From: Minisyncoccota bacterium
Lineage (GTDB): Bacteria > Patescibacteriota > Minisyncoccia > UBA6257 > 02-FULL-45-10c
Assembly: GCA_036517155.1 (NCBI GenBank)
Contig: DATDXY010000019.1
Coordinates: 9,913 to 73,912, forward strand
DNA: 64,000 nt
Direction: 5' to 3'
Positions 37,803-48,361 of the stretch are shown here, one piece after another; position 1 is the stretch's first letter; the number at the start of each line of letters is the position of its first letter. Made by a program: the position numbers and the translations under genes. Under the pieces are notes generated by a model, which searched no databases, was not told the origin of the DNA, and saw only the letters and a program-made list of their open reading frames with translations.

Positions 37803-39404
37803 ATGAAGAAATTTCTTTTAATACTTATTTCTACAACTTTTTTGGCTAATATTTTCCTATCTTTGCCAGCTACAACTCACGCAGTTCCAGTTGAGGTTAT
37901 TAATCCAGTCTTCATTGCTAATCCAATTCTTTTTACCTCAGATGTGCCGAACAAAGTAGTGGCAGCGGCTCATACAAAATTAACAGCAGCTGGGTGGATT
38001 GCCGAAGCAACTCGCTGGGGGAAAGATCTTGCCAGAGAAATTGCTTTAACCATCAAAAAAAGCGCGTTTGCTTTGTTCAAAAAACGAGTGTTGGATCGAA
38101 TGGTAGATGATTTGGTGCAATGGATTACATATGGTGATGATAAAAAACCAAAGTGGGCGGAAGGTGATTTTGAGGAACTGACTCAAAACGCCGCGCAAGC
38201 GGCCATAGGGGATTTAGTGCTTAAAACCAGCTTAGCTCAAATTTGTAGCCCGTTTAAAGCGAAACTTCTTCTTACCTTAACCCCACCGGGACCGGTCAGC
38301 GATCAAGTAAAATGCACCTTAGATCAAATTACTGGTAATATCAATTCTTTTCTCGCAGATTTCAAAAATGGCGGCTGGCTTGCCTATAACGAACTTTGGC
38401 AGCCAAGAAATAATTATTATGCAACCGTGTTGATGACGCTGGATTCCGCTGGGCTCGCAGGCGCAAGAGCGGCGGCCGCCCAACAAAGCGAAGTAATCGC
38501 GGGCCAGGGTTTTCTTGCCACCACAAGATGTGACTATTATCCGGATCCCGATGGCATCTACAAAGACAAATTTGGCCACGCTCTTACCGACCAGGATCTC
38601 ACCGCAATGAACAATGGCGAATGGGTAAACACTTATAGCCGAAAGTGTTACAAAACTACGCCCGGATCAACGATTGCTGGTCTTGCGCTGAAAGCCAATA
38701 CAACATACATTGATTGGCTGATTAACGCAGAAGATATTGACGCATATGTTACGGCCGTTGCTGATGCTCTCATTAATCGAGTGATTAAAGATGGTGTGAA
38801 TGGACTTAAAGGACTTTCTAATAAGAAACCAGATGCGCCGCAACAAAGCCCCGGCAGACCATGCGATGGTCTAACCGGGGCAGCGCTCGCATCGTGCCTT
38901 GGTTACGACAATATTTCCCAGATTAATTACATCAACAATCGTTCTGCCTTAGCATCGCAATCTAATGATTCTATCGAACCCCGCCAAAAAGCTTCTACAT
39001 TGCTCACTCAGGTTATTAGCAAACAAAGCACTCTGGTAACTGCTTTAGAAAATTTGTACACCTGCCAACAATCTACGGGTTTCACTCAAGAAGCAAAAGA
39101 TACTCAATTAGAACTTGATGTGGAAAAAGATAAATTGGAAAGCTTACAAACTCAGTTGGAAGATAATCAATCCGTGATTGATAATTTAGAACAATCAAAA
39201 ATAAATCTGGAAAATACCTCGCAAGAAGATGGCAATTCGCTTATTGTACAAACTGATTATCTTCAATCGGTTGGCGATCCACTGACCGCCAATCAAGTTT
39301 TGGATGACGCGCAAGCAGAATTTGACGGCCTGATCGATTTAGAAACAAAAATTACTTCTGTGCAGGCGCAAAATACCTGCCAACCGACAAAGCCAACTCT
39401 ATAA
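37803..39404 (+). CDS. Secreted helical/coiled-coil protein of T4SS-like locus
   Basis: Signal peptide, paired Cys, C-terminal heptad repeats; directly upstream of the VirB6-like gene. Confidence 0.7.
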   Translation: MKKFLLILISTTFLANIFLSLPATTHAVPVEVINPVFIANPILFTSDVPNKVVAAAHTKLTAAGWIAEATRWGKDLAREIALTIKKSAFALFKKRVLDRMVDDLVQWITYGDDKKPKWAEGDFEELTQNAAQAAIGDLVLKTSLAQICSPFKAKLLLTLTPPGPVSDQVKCTLDQITGNINSFLADFKNGGWLAYNELWQPRNNYYATVLMTLDSAGLAGARAAAAQQSEVIAGQGFLATTRCDYYPDPDGIYKDKFGHALTDQDLTAMNNGEWVNTYSRKCYKTTPGSTIAGLALKANTTYIDWLINAEDIDAYVTAVADALINRVIKDGVNGLKGLSNKKPDAPQQSPGRPCDGLTGAALASCLGYDNISQINYINNRSALASQSNDSIEPRQKASTLLTQVISKQSTLVTALENLYTCQQSTGFTQEAKDTQLELDVEKDKLESLQTQLEDNQSVIDNLEQSKINLENTSQEDGNSLIVQTDYLQSVGDPLTANQVLDDAQAEFDGLIDLETKITSVQAQNTCQPTKPTL

Positions 39405-39407
39405 ACC

Positions 39408-41330
39408 ATGAAACGTTTTCTCAAAATAATCGGCATCCTGGCAATCACACTTTTGATTATTTTGCCTTTAGCGCCCGCTGCTCGCGCGGAAGTAACTTGG
39501 GTTGAGGGTATTGGCATTTCTGTTTTCGCCAAAGGATTAACCACTCTTACTTACTTAATCGGTTATGCTGGTGGCTTACTTGTCCAACTTGCTGCGCAAA
39601 TGGTTAATTGGTCTTTGAATTTAAACAGCACCATTCTTTCCAGCCGACTGGTGCAGGTTGGGTGGCTTATCACCCGCGATCTTGCCAATCTTGGCTTTGT
39701 GCTGGCAATTATTTTAATCTCCTTTTTTACTATTTTCCGGTTCAATAATTACGACACAAAGAATATGTTGGTAAAATTGGTTATTTCTGCCTTACTAATC
39801 AATTTCAGTTTGGTTATTGCCGGTTTATTCATTGATTTCTCTGGAATTCTGACTAACTTTTTTGTCTCTAAAGCTACCGGCGGCGATCCCGCAAAAATGG
39901 CAGAAAATTTAGCCGGCGCATTTCAAGTGCAAAAATTACTCCAATCAACCGATAACTTGGACGTACTGACAAAAACCGCCGGTCAATTAAGCGATAGTTT
40001 CGCTGGTTGGCCAATTTTTTTCGCTTCGCTATTTTTCTCGGTTATTTTTTCTCTCATTGCCGCGATATCTATCGGCGCGGTTGGAGTAATGCTTTTTATT
40101 CGCTATATCTGGCTGGTGATGTTGGTTATTCTTATGCCAATCGCTTGGTTGCTTCGCGTTCTCCCAGAAACCGAGGGGAGGTGGAAAGAGTGGTGGAATG
40201 ATTTTTTACATTGGGTATTTTTTGCTCCAGCCGTCACTTTTTTTATCTATCTTGCTTTTGCGTTATTGGAAAATAAAGCAGAGGCGACAAAAACCTTGTC
40301 TTTGGAAGCGGCGAGCGGATTATTTAGCGTAGGCACCTTACAACAGGGCGCCGGGGAAATTATCGGTCAGATGATCGCCTTAACTGGAATTCTGATTGGG
40401 GGATTGAAAGTTGCCAGTAAAATGGGCGTTACCTTTGCCAATACCGCAATGGGGTTTGCGAATAAAGCAACCAGCGCAATTCTTGGGGGGACCATCCGAG
40501 GCACTGGGAAAATGGCTGGCGGAGCAGCTGGCGGAGCAGCGGGTTGGATCAAAGAAAAAGCGCTTACCGCCGGAGCTGGCGGCGGCAAAGAAAGTTATTT
40601 GCAAAGAGCTTCCGCGTGGCTTGCGAATAAACCAATCCCTGGAGCGCGCGCGTTAAGCACCGGCATCGCCAAAACCACCAAAGCAACACTTCAAGATGTG
40701 GAAAAATATCAAAAAGATAATATTGCCGATTTAACAAATGACGCTTTAATAGCAATGGCAAAAAATCCTTTAAATACCAGTACAGCGAATGCGGCAATTG
40801 CCCGGGAACTGGCTACGCGTCGAGACGCAACTGGCGTACCGATCGTTAATAAAGAAAAAGGCGCTTTCAAAGATGACGATCGCTTGTTAAGTCTTATGCG
40901 GGATGCGGATAGATTTGGATCCGCTGACGCGTTAATCAGCTCGCGTCCAGACCTTGGATTGCAATTGGGTAAAACAAAAGTAGAAATCTATGCCAAAGTT
41001 AAATCTGAAGATCGAGATAAACTTGGAGCGAAATTCTTTTCTGACGAAGACGGTCAAAAACTCTTATTAAAAATTAAGGGTGAGGATTTGGGTAACTTCG
41101 CCAAGAAATGGAGCGGTTCTGATCAAGAAGAGTTTATAGAATCTCTGCACCAAGCAATTACTAAAATCACTGACATCAATAGCAATGACGCAAAACAATT
41201 CCGAGCCATTGCCAGCCAAATTCGCCGCAGTCCAGCCTGGCCGGTAAAAATAGATCTTCAGAAAATTACTAATCTCTATACACCAGAACAATTAAAGAAA
41301 GTTCAGGGTGAAGAAGAAAGAAAATCATAA
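39408..41330 (+). CDS. VirB6/TrbL-like polytopic membrane protein
   Basis: GW..TRDLANLGF, ALLINFSL, R.IWL..LVILMPIAW, W..WW..F; Gly/Ala-rich tail. Confidence 0.75.
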   Translation: MKRFLKIIGILAITLLIILPLAPAARAEVTWVEGIGISVFAKGLTTLTYLIGYAGGLLVQLAAQMVNWSLNLNSTILSSRLVQVGWLITRDLANLGFVLAIILISFFTIFRFNNYDTKNMLVKLVISALLINFSLVIAGLFIDFSGILTNFFVSKATGGDPAKMAENLAGAFQVQKLLQSTDNLDVLTKTAGQLSDSFAGWPIFFASLFFSVIFSLIAAISIGAVGVMLFIRYIWLVMLVILMPIAWLLRVLPETEGRWKEWWNDFLHWVFFAPAVTFFIYLAFALLENKAEATKTLSLEAASGLFSVGTLQQGAGEIIGQMIALTGILIGGLKVASKMGVTFANTAMGFANKATSAILGGTIRGTGKMAGGAAGGAAGWIKEKALTAGAGGGKESYLQRASAWLANKPIPGARALSTGIAKTTKATLQDVEKYQKDNIADLTNDALIAMAKNPLNTSTANAAIARELATRRDATGVPIVNKEKGAFKDDDRLLSLMRDADRFGSADALISSRPDLGLQLGKTKVEIYAKVKSEDRDKLGAKFFSDEDGQKLLLKIKGEDLGNFAKKWSGSDQEEFIESLHQAITKITDINSNDAKQFRAIASQIRRSPAWPVKIDLQKITNLYTPEQLKKVQGEEERKS

Positions 41331-41338
41331 AATATTTT

Positions 41339-42214
41339 ATGGAAATTTCTAACTTACAATCTATCAGCGCCGCATTTCAGTCATTGCCAGAAAAAATTAA
41401 AGATTGGCTTGCGTCGGTTGATATTATTTTGCGCATCGAGCAAATATCAATTCGTTTCAATTTCAATAATTTGGAACAAGAAACTATTATTCCAAATTTA
41501 ATTTTACGGCTTTGTATTCAAAATTTAGACCCGCGAGATTTTATTAATACCCTAAGCATTCAACTTGGAGTTGATTTTGAAACCGCAAAAAAAATAACCC
41601 TAGATATTGAACGAGATATTCTTCGGGTTATTGAAATAGAACTCCGTCGCGATGTTGGAGTAGATATTAAGAATCTTTATTTTGGCAAACCCGGAGATCA
41701 AGCGCTGCGACCAATTAATGCGCCAACCCCATCTAGGACTCAAGAAACTCAGCCCCAATCAATACCAATAAAACCAATGGAAATCCCATCGGGGCCAAAC
41801 GTATCCTCTTGGTTAAAACCAAAAGATCAACCCGTTATCCAGACTCCTCCGGTAGAAAAACCCCAAACCGTTCAAGCGTCACTAACCAAGCAAAAGCCTT
41901 TAATTCCCAATGGCGGTCCAAAAATTGACTTGGAACACTTTGAAATTAAAGGGGAACCGTTTATTTTACACCAAGAACCGGGTACGACGCCGGCGACTGA
42001 AGCACCAAGGGTTTCTCCGGGATTTTCATTTAAAATCCCAACTTCATCTTTAACTTCTGAAAAACCCACTCCACAGAAATCAGTTTCGGTAAAATTAGAA
42101 ACTCCTCGGACGGTTAATTACAGCGATTTTCGAACCCCGTTGCCACCGCCTTCGCCCAACTCAGATACAAATCGTAAAAATACTGTTGATTTACGCAATA
42201 GCAATAATAAATAA
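41339..42214 (+). CDS. Hypothetical cytoplasmic protein (helical N-domain, Pro-rich tail)
   Basis: 291 aa in operon context. Confidence 0.7.
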   Translation: MEISNLQSISAAFQSLPEKIKDWLASVDIILRIEQISIRFNFNNLEQETIIPNLILRLCIQNLDPRDFINTLSIQLGVDFETAKKITLDIERDILRVIEIELRRDVGVDIKNLYFGKPGDQALRPINAPTPSRTQETQPQSIPIKPMEIPSGPNVSSWLKPKDQPVIQTPPVEKPQTVQASLTKQKPLIPNGGPKIDLEHFEIKGEPFILHQEPGTTPATEAPRVSPGFSFKIPTSSLTSEKPTPQKSVSVKLETPRTVNYSDFRTPLPPPSPNSDTNRKNTVDLRNSNNK

Positions 42215-42222
42215 ATTATCAA

Positions 42223-42720
42223 ATGCAATTTCAAGTTCCGCAATTTATTGAAACCGAAGATAAAATTATCGGCCCACTCACACTAAAACAATTTCTCTAT
42301 CTCGCTCTGGCTGGAGGAGCGTGTTTTGGATTATATTTTATTTTAGACACCTGGCTGTGGCTTCTAGTTTCTATTTTTGTAGGAGCCATCGCCGCCGCCT
42401 TGGCATTCATCAAAGTCAATGGCCGCCCATTGCCGGTAATTGCTTTTGCCGCTTTTCAATATTATTGGAAGCCAAGATTTTATTTGTGGAAACACCAGGC
42501 AGAAACCGGACCAACAACTCATTTTCCGGAAGTGAAAAAACCGATTTTGGAACGATTGCGGGAACAATTACTGACTTCCAAAGCACCCATCCCAAAAAGA
42601 GAAAAAATCCTGAAACAACCGATTTTGGAAACCGCTGGCAAGCAAAGTAAAGAGCGATTTGAAATCCTTCGACGCATCACGGGAGAACGCGAGGTCTCTC
42701 GCCGCGTGGATTATCGTTAA
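42223..42720 (+). CDS. PrgI-family (VirB3-like) membrane protein
   Basis: MQFQVPQFIETEDKIIGPLTLKQF, two TM helices, KVNGRPL. Confidence 0.85.
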   Translation: MQFQVPQFIETEDKIIGPLTLKQFLYLALAGGACFGLYFILDTWLWLLVSIFVGAIAAALAFIKVNGRPLPVIAFAAFQYYWKPRFYLWKHQAETGPTTHFPEVKKPILERLREQLLTSKAPIPKREKILKQPILETAGKQSKERFEILRRITGEREVSRRVDYR

Positions 42721-42743
42721 CCGAACTAGTATAATAAGGTAAC

Positions 42744-43397
42744 ATGCCAAACACACAAGAAGCATCGCCAATCCAACAATTTATTGAATTGGAGTCAATT
42801 GAAAATGGCGTTATCCATTTGAAAAATGGTGGATTAAGGAAAATTTTGCTGGTGTCCGGAATTAATTTTGACCTAAAATCGGAAGAGGAGCAGGGGATGA
42901 TTACTTACGCCTTTCAAAGTTTTCTCAATACCCTGGATTTTTCTCTCCAATTCTTTATCCATTCTCGAAAGCTCAATATTGACGATTATTTGGTGAAATT
43001 GGAAGATCGAGAAAAACAAGAACCCAGTGAATTGCTCAAAAATCAAATTTCCGAATATCGGGAATTTATCCGCGCGTTTGTCAGTCAGAACGCGATTATG
43101 GCAAAAACATTTTTCGTGATTGTTCCTTATAATCCATTGCGAATTCCCAAAGCCGGTACCGCCTTCACGGAAAAATTGACTCGATTATTCAGCAAAAGCA
43201 CCCCCAGCGAACAACCCCAAACTAGCGAACAAGAACAAATGGAACAACTGAATCTTCGCATAGATCAGGCAATCGCGGGCTTGAACCAAATTGGGCTTCG
43301 GGCCGTGCCATTAGATGATGATGAACTTTCGGAGCTGTTTTATAACCTCTATAATCCCGCGTCAGTCGAGCAAAAGAAAATTGACACGTCTGAATAA
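42744..43397 (+). CDS. VirB4-associated protein (TraC/VirB4 N-terminal-like)
   Basis: VSGINFDLKSEEEQ...FLNTLDFSLQ...FFVIVPY; directly upstream of the VirB4 ATPase. Confidence 0.75.
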   Translation: MPNTQEASPIQQFIELESIENGVIHLKNGGLRKILLVSGINFDLKSEEEQGMITYAFQSFLNTLDFSLQFFIHSRKLNIDDYLVKLEDREKQEPSELLKNQISEYREFIRAFVSQNAIMAKTFFVIVPYNPLRIPKAGTAFTEKLTRLFSKSTPSEQPQTSEQEQMEQLNLRIDQAIAGLNQIGLRAVPLDDDELSELFYNLYNPASVEQKKIDTSE

Positions 43398-43400
43398 TTT

Positions 43401-45110
43401 ATGGAATCAGAAAAAAAACTTATCAATATCATTGCCCCATCCGGCCTGCAAGTAGAGCCACAGTACTTGAAATTGGGGAATAAACTCGCAAAGACTTTGT
43501 TCGTATTTTCCTACCCCCGTTATCTGGCCACGGGTTGGTTTTCCGGAATTATTAATATGCCGGAATTATTGGATATCTCCATTTTCATCCACCCAGTAGA
43601 TACGGTACTCGCGCTTCGCACCCTCCGCCGAAAAGCTACTCAAGTGGAATCCCAACTGATTGAACGCCAACAAAAGGGGTTGGTTCGGGATCCGATTCTA
43701 GAAACCGCTTTTCAAGACGTGGAATCTCTGCGCGATTCCCTGCAGCAATCCCGCGAACAATTATTCAATGTTGGTGTATACATCACTTTTTACGCCGACA
43801 CGGTGGAACAATTAAATAAATTGGAAAATAAAATTTCCGCGTTTTTAGAAAGTCGTTTGATTTACGCTAAACCGGCGTTATTTCAACAATTAGAAGGGTT
43901 CGCATCCACTCTTCCGCTTAATCAAGACAAATTAGAAGTCCATTCGCCGCTTAATTCCAGTCCACTTTCCTCAATTTTCCCATTCACCTCAGCAAACCTT
44001 ACTTCGGATGAGGGTATTCTTTATGGCATTAATCGGCACAATAATACTTTGGTTATTTTTGATCGATTTTCACTGGAAAATGCTAATTTAGTTATTTTCG
44101 CCAAGTCTGGCAGTGGCAAATCTTATGCGACCAAACTGGAAGCGCTGCGATTATTGATGATGGGCGTGGATGTAATTATTATTGACCCGGAAAATGAATA
44201 TGAAAACATGGCAAAGGCAGTTGGTGGTAGTTATTTCCGCATCTCTCTCGCCTCCGACCACCATATCAATCCCTTTGAACTTCCTATTGTCGCGTCCGGC
44301 GACGATCCGAGTGATTCGTTGAAATCCCACATCGTGAACTTATCCGGATTATTGAAAATAATGCTCGGCAAGCTTACTCCGGAAGAAGATGCGATCTTGG
44401 ATCGCGCTTTGGCGGAAACTTACGCTTCCCACGATATTGTCGCGGGAAAAGATTTTTCCCAAGCGGTGCCGCCACTGTTGGAAGATTTAGAAAAAATTCT
44501 CCTGAATATGGAGGGTGGTCGGGGATTAAGCCAACGTTTATATAAATTCACTCAGGGCAGTTATGCCGGTTTTACCAATCAACCAACTAATGTCGATATT
44601 AAAAATCGGCTGATTGTCTTTTCTATCCGTGACCTCGAAGAGGAATTACGGCCAATCGCAATGTATATTGTGTTGAATTTTATTTGGAATCTTATCCGCG
44701 CCAATCTTAAAAAACGGGTGCTGATTGTGGATGAGGCGTGGGTGTTGATGAAATATGAAGACGGGGCTTCGTTTATGTTTGGTTTGGTAAAACGTTGCCG
44801 AAAATATTTCTTAGGAGTCACCACAATTACCCAAGACGTGGAAGATTTCTTGAAATCTCCGTATGGCCGGCCGATTATTACCAATTCTTCGTTACAACTC
44901 CTTCTTAAACAATCACCAGCGATGATTGATGTAGTAATTAAGTCCTTCAATCTTACCGACGGAGAAAAAAGCCTTTTATTGGAAGCGGGGGTTGGCGAAG
45001 GATTATTTTTTGCCGGTTTAAATCATGTCGCGATTCAGGTGGTCGCTTCGTATATTGAAGATAAAATTGTGACTACCAAACCAGAACAAATTCTGGAACA
45101 ACATTCATGA
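43401..45110 (+). CDS. virB4: VirB4-like type IV secretion ATPase
   Basis: Walker A AKSGSGKS, IIDPENEY, INPFEL, Walker B LIVDEAW, RKY...ITQ. Confidence 0.9.
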   Translation: MESEKKLINIIAPSGLQVEPQYLKLGNKLAKTLFVFSYPRYLATGWFSGIINMPELLDISIFIHPVDTVLALRTLRRKATQVESQLIERQQKGLVRDPILETAFQDVESLRDSLQQSREQLFNVGVYITFYADTVEQLNKLENKISAFLESRLIYAKPALFQQLEGFASTLPLNQDKLEVHSPLNSSPLSSIFPFTSANLTSDEGILYGINRHNNTLVIFDRFSLENANLVIFAKSGSGKSYATKLEALRLLMMGVDVIIIDPENEYENMAKAVGGSYFRISLASDHHINPFELPIVASGDDPSDSLKSHIVNLSGLLKIMLGKLTPEEDAILDRALAETYASHDIVAGKDFSQAVPPLLEDLEKILLNMEGGRGLSQRLYKFTQGSYAGFTNQPTNVDIKNRLIVFSIRDLEEELRPIAMYIVLNFIWNLIRANLKKRVLIVDEAWVLMKYEDGASFMFGLVKRCRKYFLGVTTITQDVEDFLKSPYGRPIITNSSLQLLLKQSPAMIDVVIKSFNLTDGEKSLLLEAGVGEGLFFAGLNHVAIQVVASYIEDKIVTTKPEQILEQHS

Positions 45111-45493
45111 ACCAGAGATCAAAAATAGATATGGTGGACGGATTTATTATGCTCGCTATGGCCGGTATTGCTGACGGGACCGAATTTCTAATGAATTATG
45201 TTGCCGCTATTCCAGTAATAGGATTGGGTGGACCATTAATCGCATCGCTGATTAGTTTTTTGGTATCGGCGATTTTACTAGCTTGGTTTATAATAAAAGG
45301 AATACCGTTGGGTTATCTTTTATCCGGCAGCGCGGTAGATATGATGCCGTTGGTCAATATGCTTCCAGCAAAAACCGCCGCGGTGATTGCGACAATTTTA
45401 AAAGACCGGGGAGCTGCCAATATAAAAACAACATCCCCAGAAACCAAAGAAGAAAAACCAAAACAAGAAGAAGAATTAAAAGAAGCAGTATAA
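45107..45493 (+). CDS. Hypothetical membrane protein
   Basis: 128 aa hydrophobic; ATGA overlap with the virB4 stop. Confidence 0.75.
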   Translation: MNQRSKIDMVDGFIMLAMAGIADGTEFLMNYVAAIPVIGLGGPLIASLISFLVSAILLAWFIIKGIPLGYLLSGSAVDMMPLVNMLPAKTAAVIATILKDRGAANIKTTSPETKEEKPKQEEELKEAV

Positions 45494-45494
45494 T

Positions 45495-46169
45495 ATGCAC
45501 CGTTTAATATTTTCTATCATCTTTGTCGCCAGCATTTTAATTGCCGTTACTTCTTCCGCCCAAACCGCTCCGGAATTTATCACTTCTTGGAGAGCGATTA
45601 ATTATGTCCCAGCCACATACCTAGGCAAGATTTTCCCGACTAAGGGAAGTATTATCATTGTTGGTTTTGATCTCTTGGATAAAAATCAATTTGTGAACCT
45701 CTCTAAAGCAGAAATCCAATGGGATATTGATAACACGGTTCTCCAAACGGGGATTGGGATTCAACAAGTTCAATTTCAAAGTAATACGAATACCAATCAG
45801 CACGTCGTTCGCATAACAATTCGTAATTTTGGAACTTCCGAACTCAACTACACCTTTACTATCCCAATCAAAAAACCGCTTTTAATCATTGATGCTCCGG
45901 TGCCAAATCGACAATTGAGCCTTGGTCCCACCTTGTTCCGGGCTTTGCCATATTTTTTCAACACAAATAATCTTAGTACTGTGCGGTTTCAATGGTCCCG
46001 TAATGGACAAATCGTCACCGGCGATGCCAACACCCCAAACGCTTTAACACTTGAGATTTCTTCCGAAGGAAATCCGGTGGATAGCGATATCACTCTTTCC
46101 GCGTCCGCGCAAAATATTTTAAACCCGCTGGAAAATGCAACACAATTACTTAATTTAAAAATACGCTAA
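45495..46169 (+). CDS. Hypothetical secreted Ig-like protein
   Basis: Signal peptide; YVP..YLGK.FP, ALPYFF, beta-rich. Confidence 0.7.
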   Translation: MHRLIFSIIFVASILIAVTSSAQTAPEFITSWRAINYVPATYLGKIFPTKGSIIIVGFDLLDKNQFVNLSKAEIQWDIDNTVLQTGIGIQQVQFQSNTNTNQHVVRITIRNFGTSELNYTFTIPIKKPLLIIDAPVPNRQLSLGPTLFRALPYFFNTNNLSTVRFQWSRNGQIVTGDANTPNALTLEISSEGNPVDSDITLSASAQNILNPLENATQLLNLKIR

Positions 46170-46172
46170 TTT

Positions 46173-47255
46173 ATGAAATATTTTATCACAAACTTTATTC
46201 TGATAATTTGCATACTTAGCTTTATACCCAAGACATTTGCCGAAGAAGCAGATGCACGTGGTCTTATTTGTCCATCAGGCAGCACGGGTTATTACAAACT
46301 TGTTATGAAAAATATTTCCGGAGTTACTGAAGAGGTTGCGAAAAAATCATTAAAAAACATCACTCTAGGAATATTGACTCTCGGTGGATATAATTTATAT
46401 TCTGCATTTAATTTTACATCAGAAACTGGGCAGTTTTATGATAGGTATCTTGAACGTTGCGCTTCTAATATTCTTAAAGATTGTCCCGCGGATAGAATTA
46501 CAGCCGATCCCAATAATACTAATCAAAAAATTTGTTTAGTGAATCCGATAAAACTTACTAATCCAAATCTATTAAAAAATAAGGAACCGATTCAGGCCTA
46601 TACTTCCCAAGTCGCTATTCCTTGCAAGGAAATTGCTGGGGGGAAGTGCCCCAATCAAGATACTGGTCCAGCGGCCTATATTGCCCGTCTTTATACTTTT
46701 GGATTAATGATTGCCGGCGCAGCCGCGTTTGGAATGATTATTTTTGGAGGATTTAAATATGTTTTAGCCGCCGGGAATCTCGCGTCTACCCAAGAAGCCA
46801 AGGAAACCATTACTGGGGCAATTTGGGGATTGTTACTGCTTTTAATGGCTTATGTGATTCTCTACACGATTAATCCTCGATTAGTTAATGTTCAAGATCC
46901 AAACGCGCCGACTCTTTTTAGAGACTTTTCTCAAGAAGCTAGCATTGACCAACCCAACCAATTACTTCCAGCTATTGAGCCGGGCATCAAAGATCCGAAT
47001 TGCCGCATTTCTATTCAAGTGGATTTAACCACGCCAACCATTGGCGACCCCAACAATCCTAATGGTAAACCAATTTTGGAAAGTGGTAGAAAATCAGTGT
47101 GCGCGCCCTGGGGTTGTAATACGAATTCGTTCCGTACTATCGAAGGAATTTGTGAGTGTAATTTAGGATTTGCTCCTGACGCCGATGGAATTTGCGCAAA
47201 AACACTTGGCCCAGAACAAAATAGGGGATTTTTTCCTCAACCAAATACACAATAA
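46173..47255 (+). CDS. Extended pilin: VirB2-like core flanked by Cys-rich domains
   Basis: GGFKYVLAAGN...AKETITGAIWGLLLLLMAYVILYTINP; Cys clusters on both sides. Confidence 0.8.
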   Translation: MKYFITNFILIICILSFIPKTFAEEADARGLICPSGSTGYYKLVMKNISGVTEEVAKKSLKNITLGILTLGGYNLYSAFNFTSETGQFYDRYLERCASNILKDCPADRITADPNNTNQKICLVNPIKLTNPNLLKNKEPIQAYTSQVAIPCKEIAGGKCPNQDTGPAAYIARLYTFGLMIAGAAAFGMIIFGGFKYVLAAGNLASTQEAKETITGAIWGLLLLLMAYVILYTINPRLVNVQDPNAPTLFRDFSQEASIDQPNQLLPAIEPGIKDPNCRISIQVDLTTPTIGDPNNPNGKPILESGRKSVCAPWGCNTNSFRTIEGICECNLGFAPDADGICAKTLGPEQNRGFFPQPNTQ

Positions 47256-47258
47256 AAT

Positions 47259-48332
47259 ATGAATAAAACAATTAAAATAGTTCTCATTTTAGCCGTAATT
47301 CTTCTTACTTTTGTGGGCGGATATTTTATTCTAAAAAATCTCGTGGAAAATAACGTTACTGATTTAGGACAAATTAAAACCGACAATGAAACGGGTCAAC
47401 CCATACTCTCTTCTTCAGCTCTTCAACAATTAATCTTTACCCCGATAGTTGATTATTGGATCCAATCGGATAATGACATTTACGCGTTAACCGAAACTGG
47501 GCAAGTAATTACGGTCAAAAATGGAGAAGTGGAACTGATAAATTCCCAAACTTTTTCTAAAATTCACTCTCTCGCGCCATCGTTTGACGGTGAAAAAATC
47601 ATTTTGGAATTCAATTTCCCCGATGCTCCTCGTTTCAATATTTTTAACACCACAGACGGAACCTGGCAGGGACTTCCCAGCGCGACTCGCGCTGCCGCCT
47701 GGTCACCAAATTCTTTGGAAATCGCATACTTGGAAGGCAATGCTTTAAAAATTCTGGAACCGAAAAAACAAACCACTCGAACGATAATTTCTATTTTTCA
47801 GCCGGACGCGCAGCTGAAATGGGTTGAGCCAAATCAAATCCTGATTAATTCTTACCCAAGCGCCTTACTCACCACTCGTATTTGGTCATTAAATCTCAAA
47901 ACAAAGTCTATCACTCCGTTTTTGAATGAAACCGGTGCGGTGTTGACTTGGTCTAATGATAAAGAACTTGCCTTAAAACTTCGCAGTTCTGCGCAGGGTT
48001 CGGTTTTAAGCCTTTTCCACAAGACTGGCACTCAAATTGATTTGAATATTCTGACTCTTCCGGAAAAATGCGAATTAACTAACAACCAAATTTATTGCGG
48101 CGTTCCAAAAATTATCCGAGAAGGCCTTACTTTATTAGATGACTATTACCAGCGCAATGTGTATTTTGACGACAATCTTTATTTAATTGATTTAACTAAT
48201 GGAACTAATTCTTTACTTTTGGAAAATCCTGGATTTCCAATTGATGTAAGCCATCCCAAACTTACGTCAGACAATCAACTGCTTTTTATCAACCGCTACG
48301 ATAATAAATTGTATACTTTAAAGTTAAAATAA
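47259..48332 (+). CDS. Membrane-anchored beta-propeller (TolB-like) protein
   Basis: N-terminal TM; repeats PSFDGEKI, AWSPNSLEIAY, WSNDKE; LLFINRYD. Confidence 0.7.
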   Translation: MNKTIKIVLILAVILLTFVGGYFILKNLVENNVTDLGQIKTDNETGQPILSSSALQQLIFTPIVDYWIQSDNDIYALTETGQVITVKNGEVELINSQTFSKIHSLAPSFDGEKIILEFNFPDAPRFNIFNTTDGTWQGLPSATRAAAWSPNSLEIAYLEGNALKILEPKKQTTRTIISIFQPDAQLKWVEPNQILINSYPSALLTTRIWSLNLKTKSITPFLNETGAVLTWSNDKELALKLRSSAQGSVLSLFHKTGTQIDLNILTLPEKCELTNNQIYCGVPKIIREGLTLLDDYYQRNVYFDDNLYLIDLTNGTNSLLLENPGFPIDVSHPKLTSDNQLLFINRYDNKLYTLKLK

Positions 48333-48361
48333 AAACATCCGCCAGTTGGCGGATGTTTTTA
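48330..48361. terminator. Bidirectional terminator
   Basis: AAAAACATCCGCCA/TGGCGGATGTTTTT. Confidence 0.75.
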
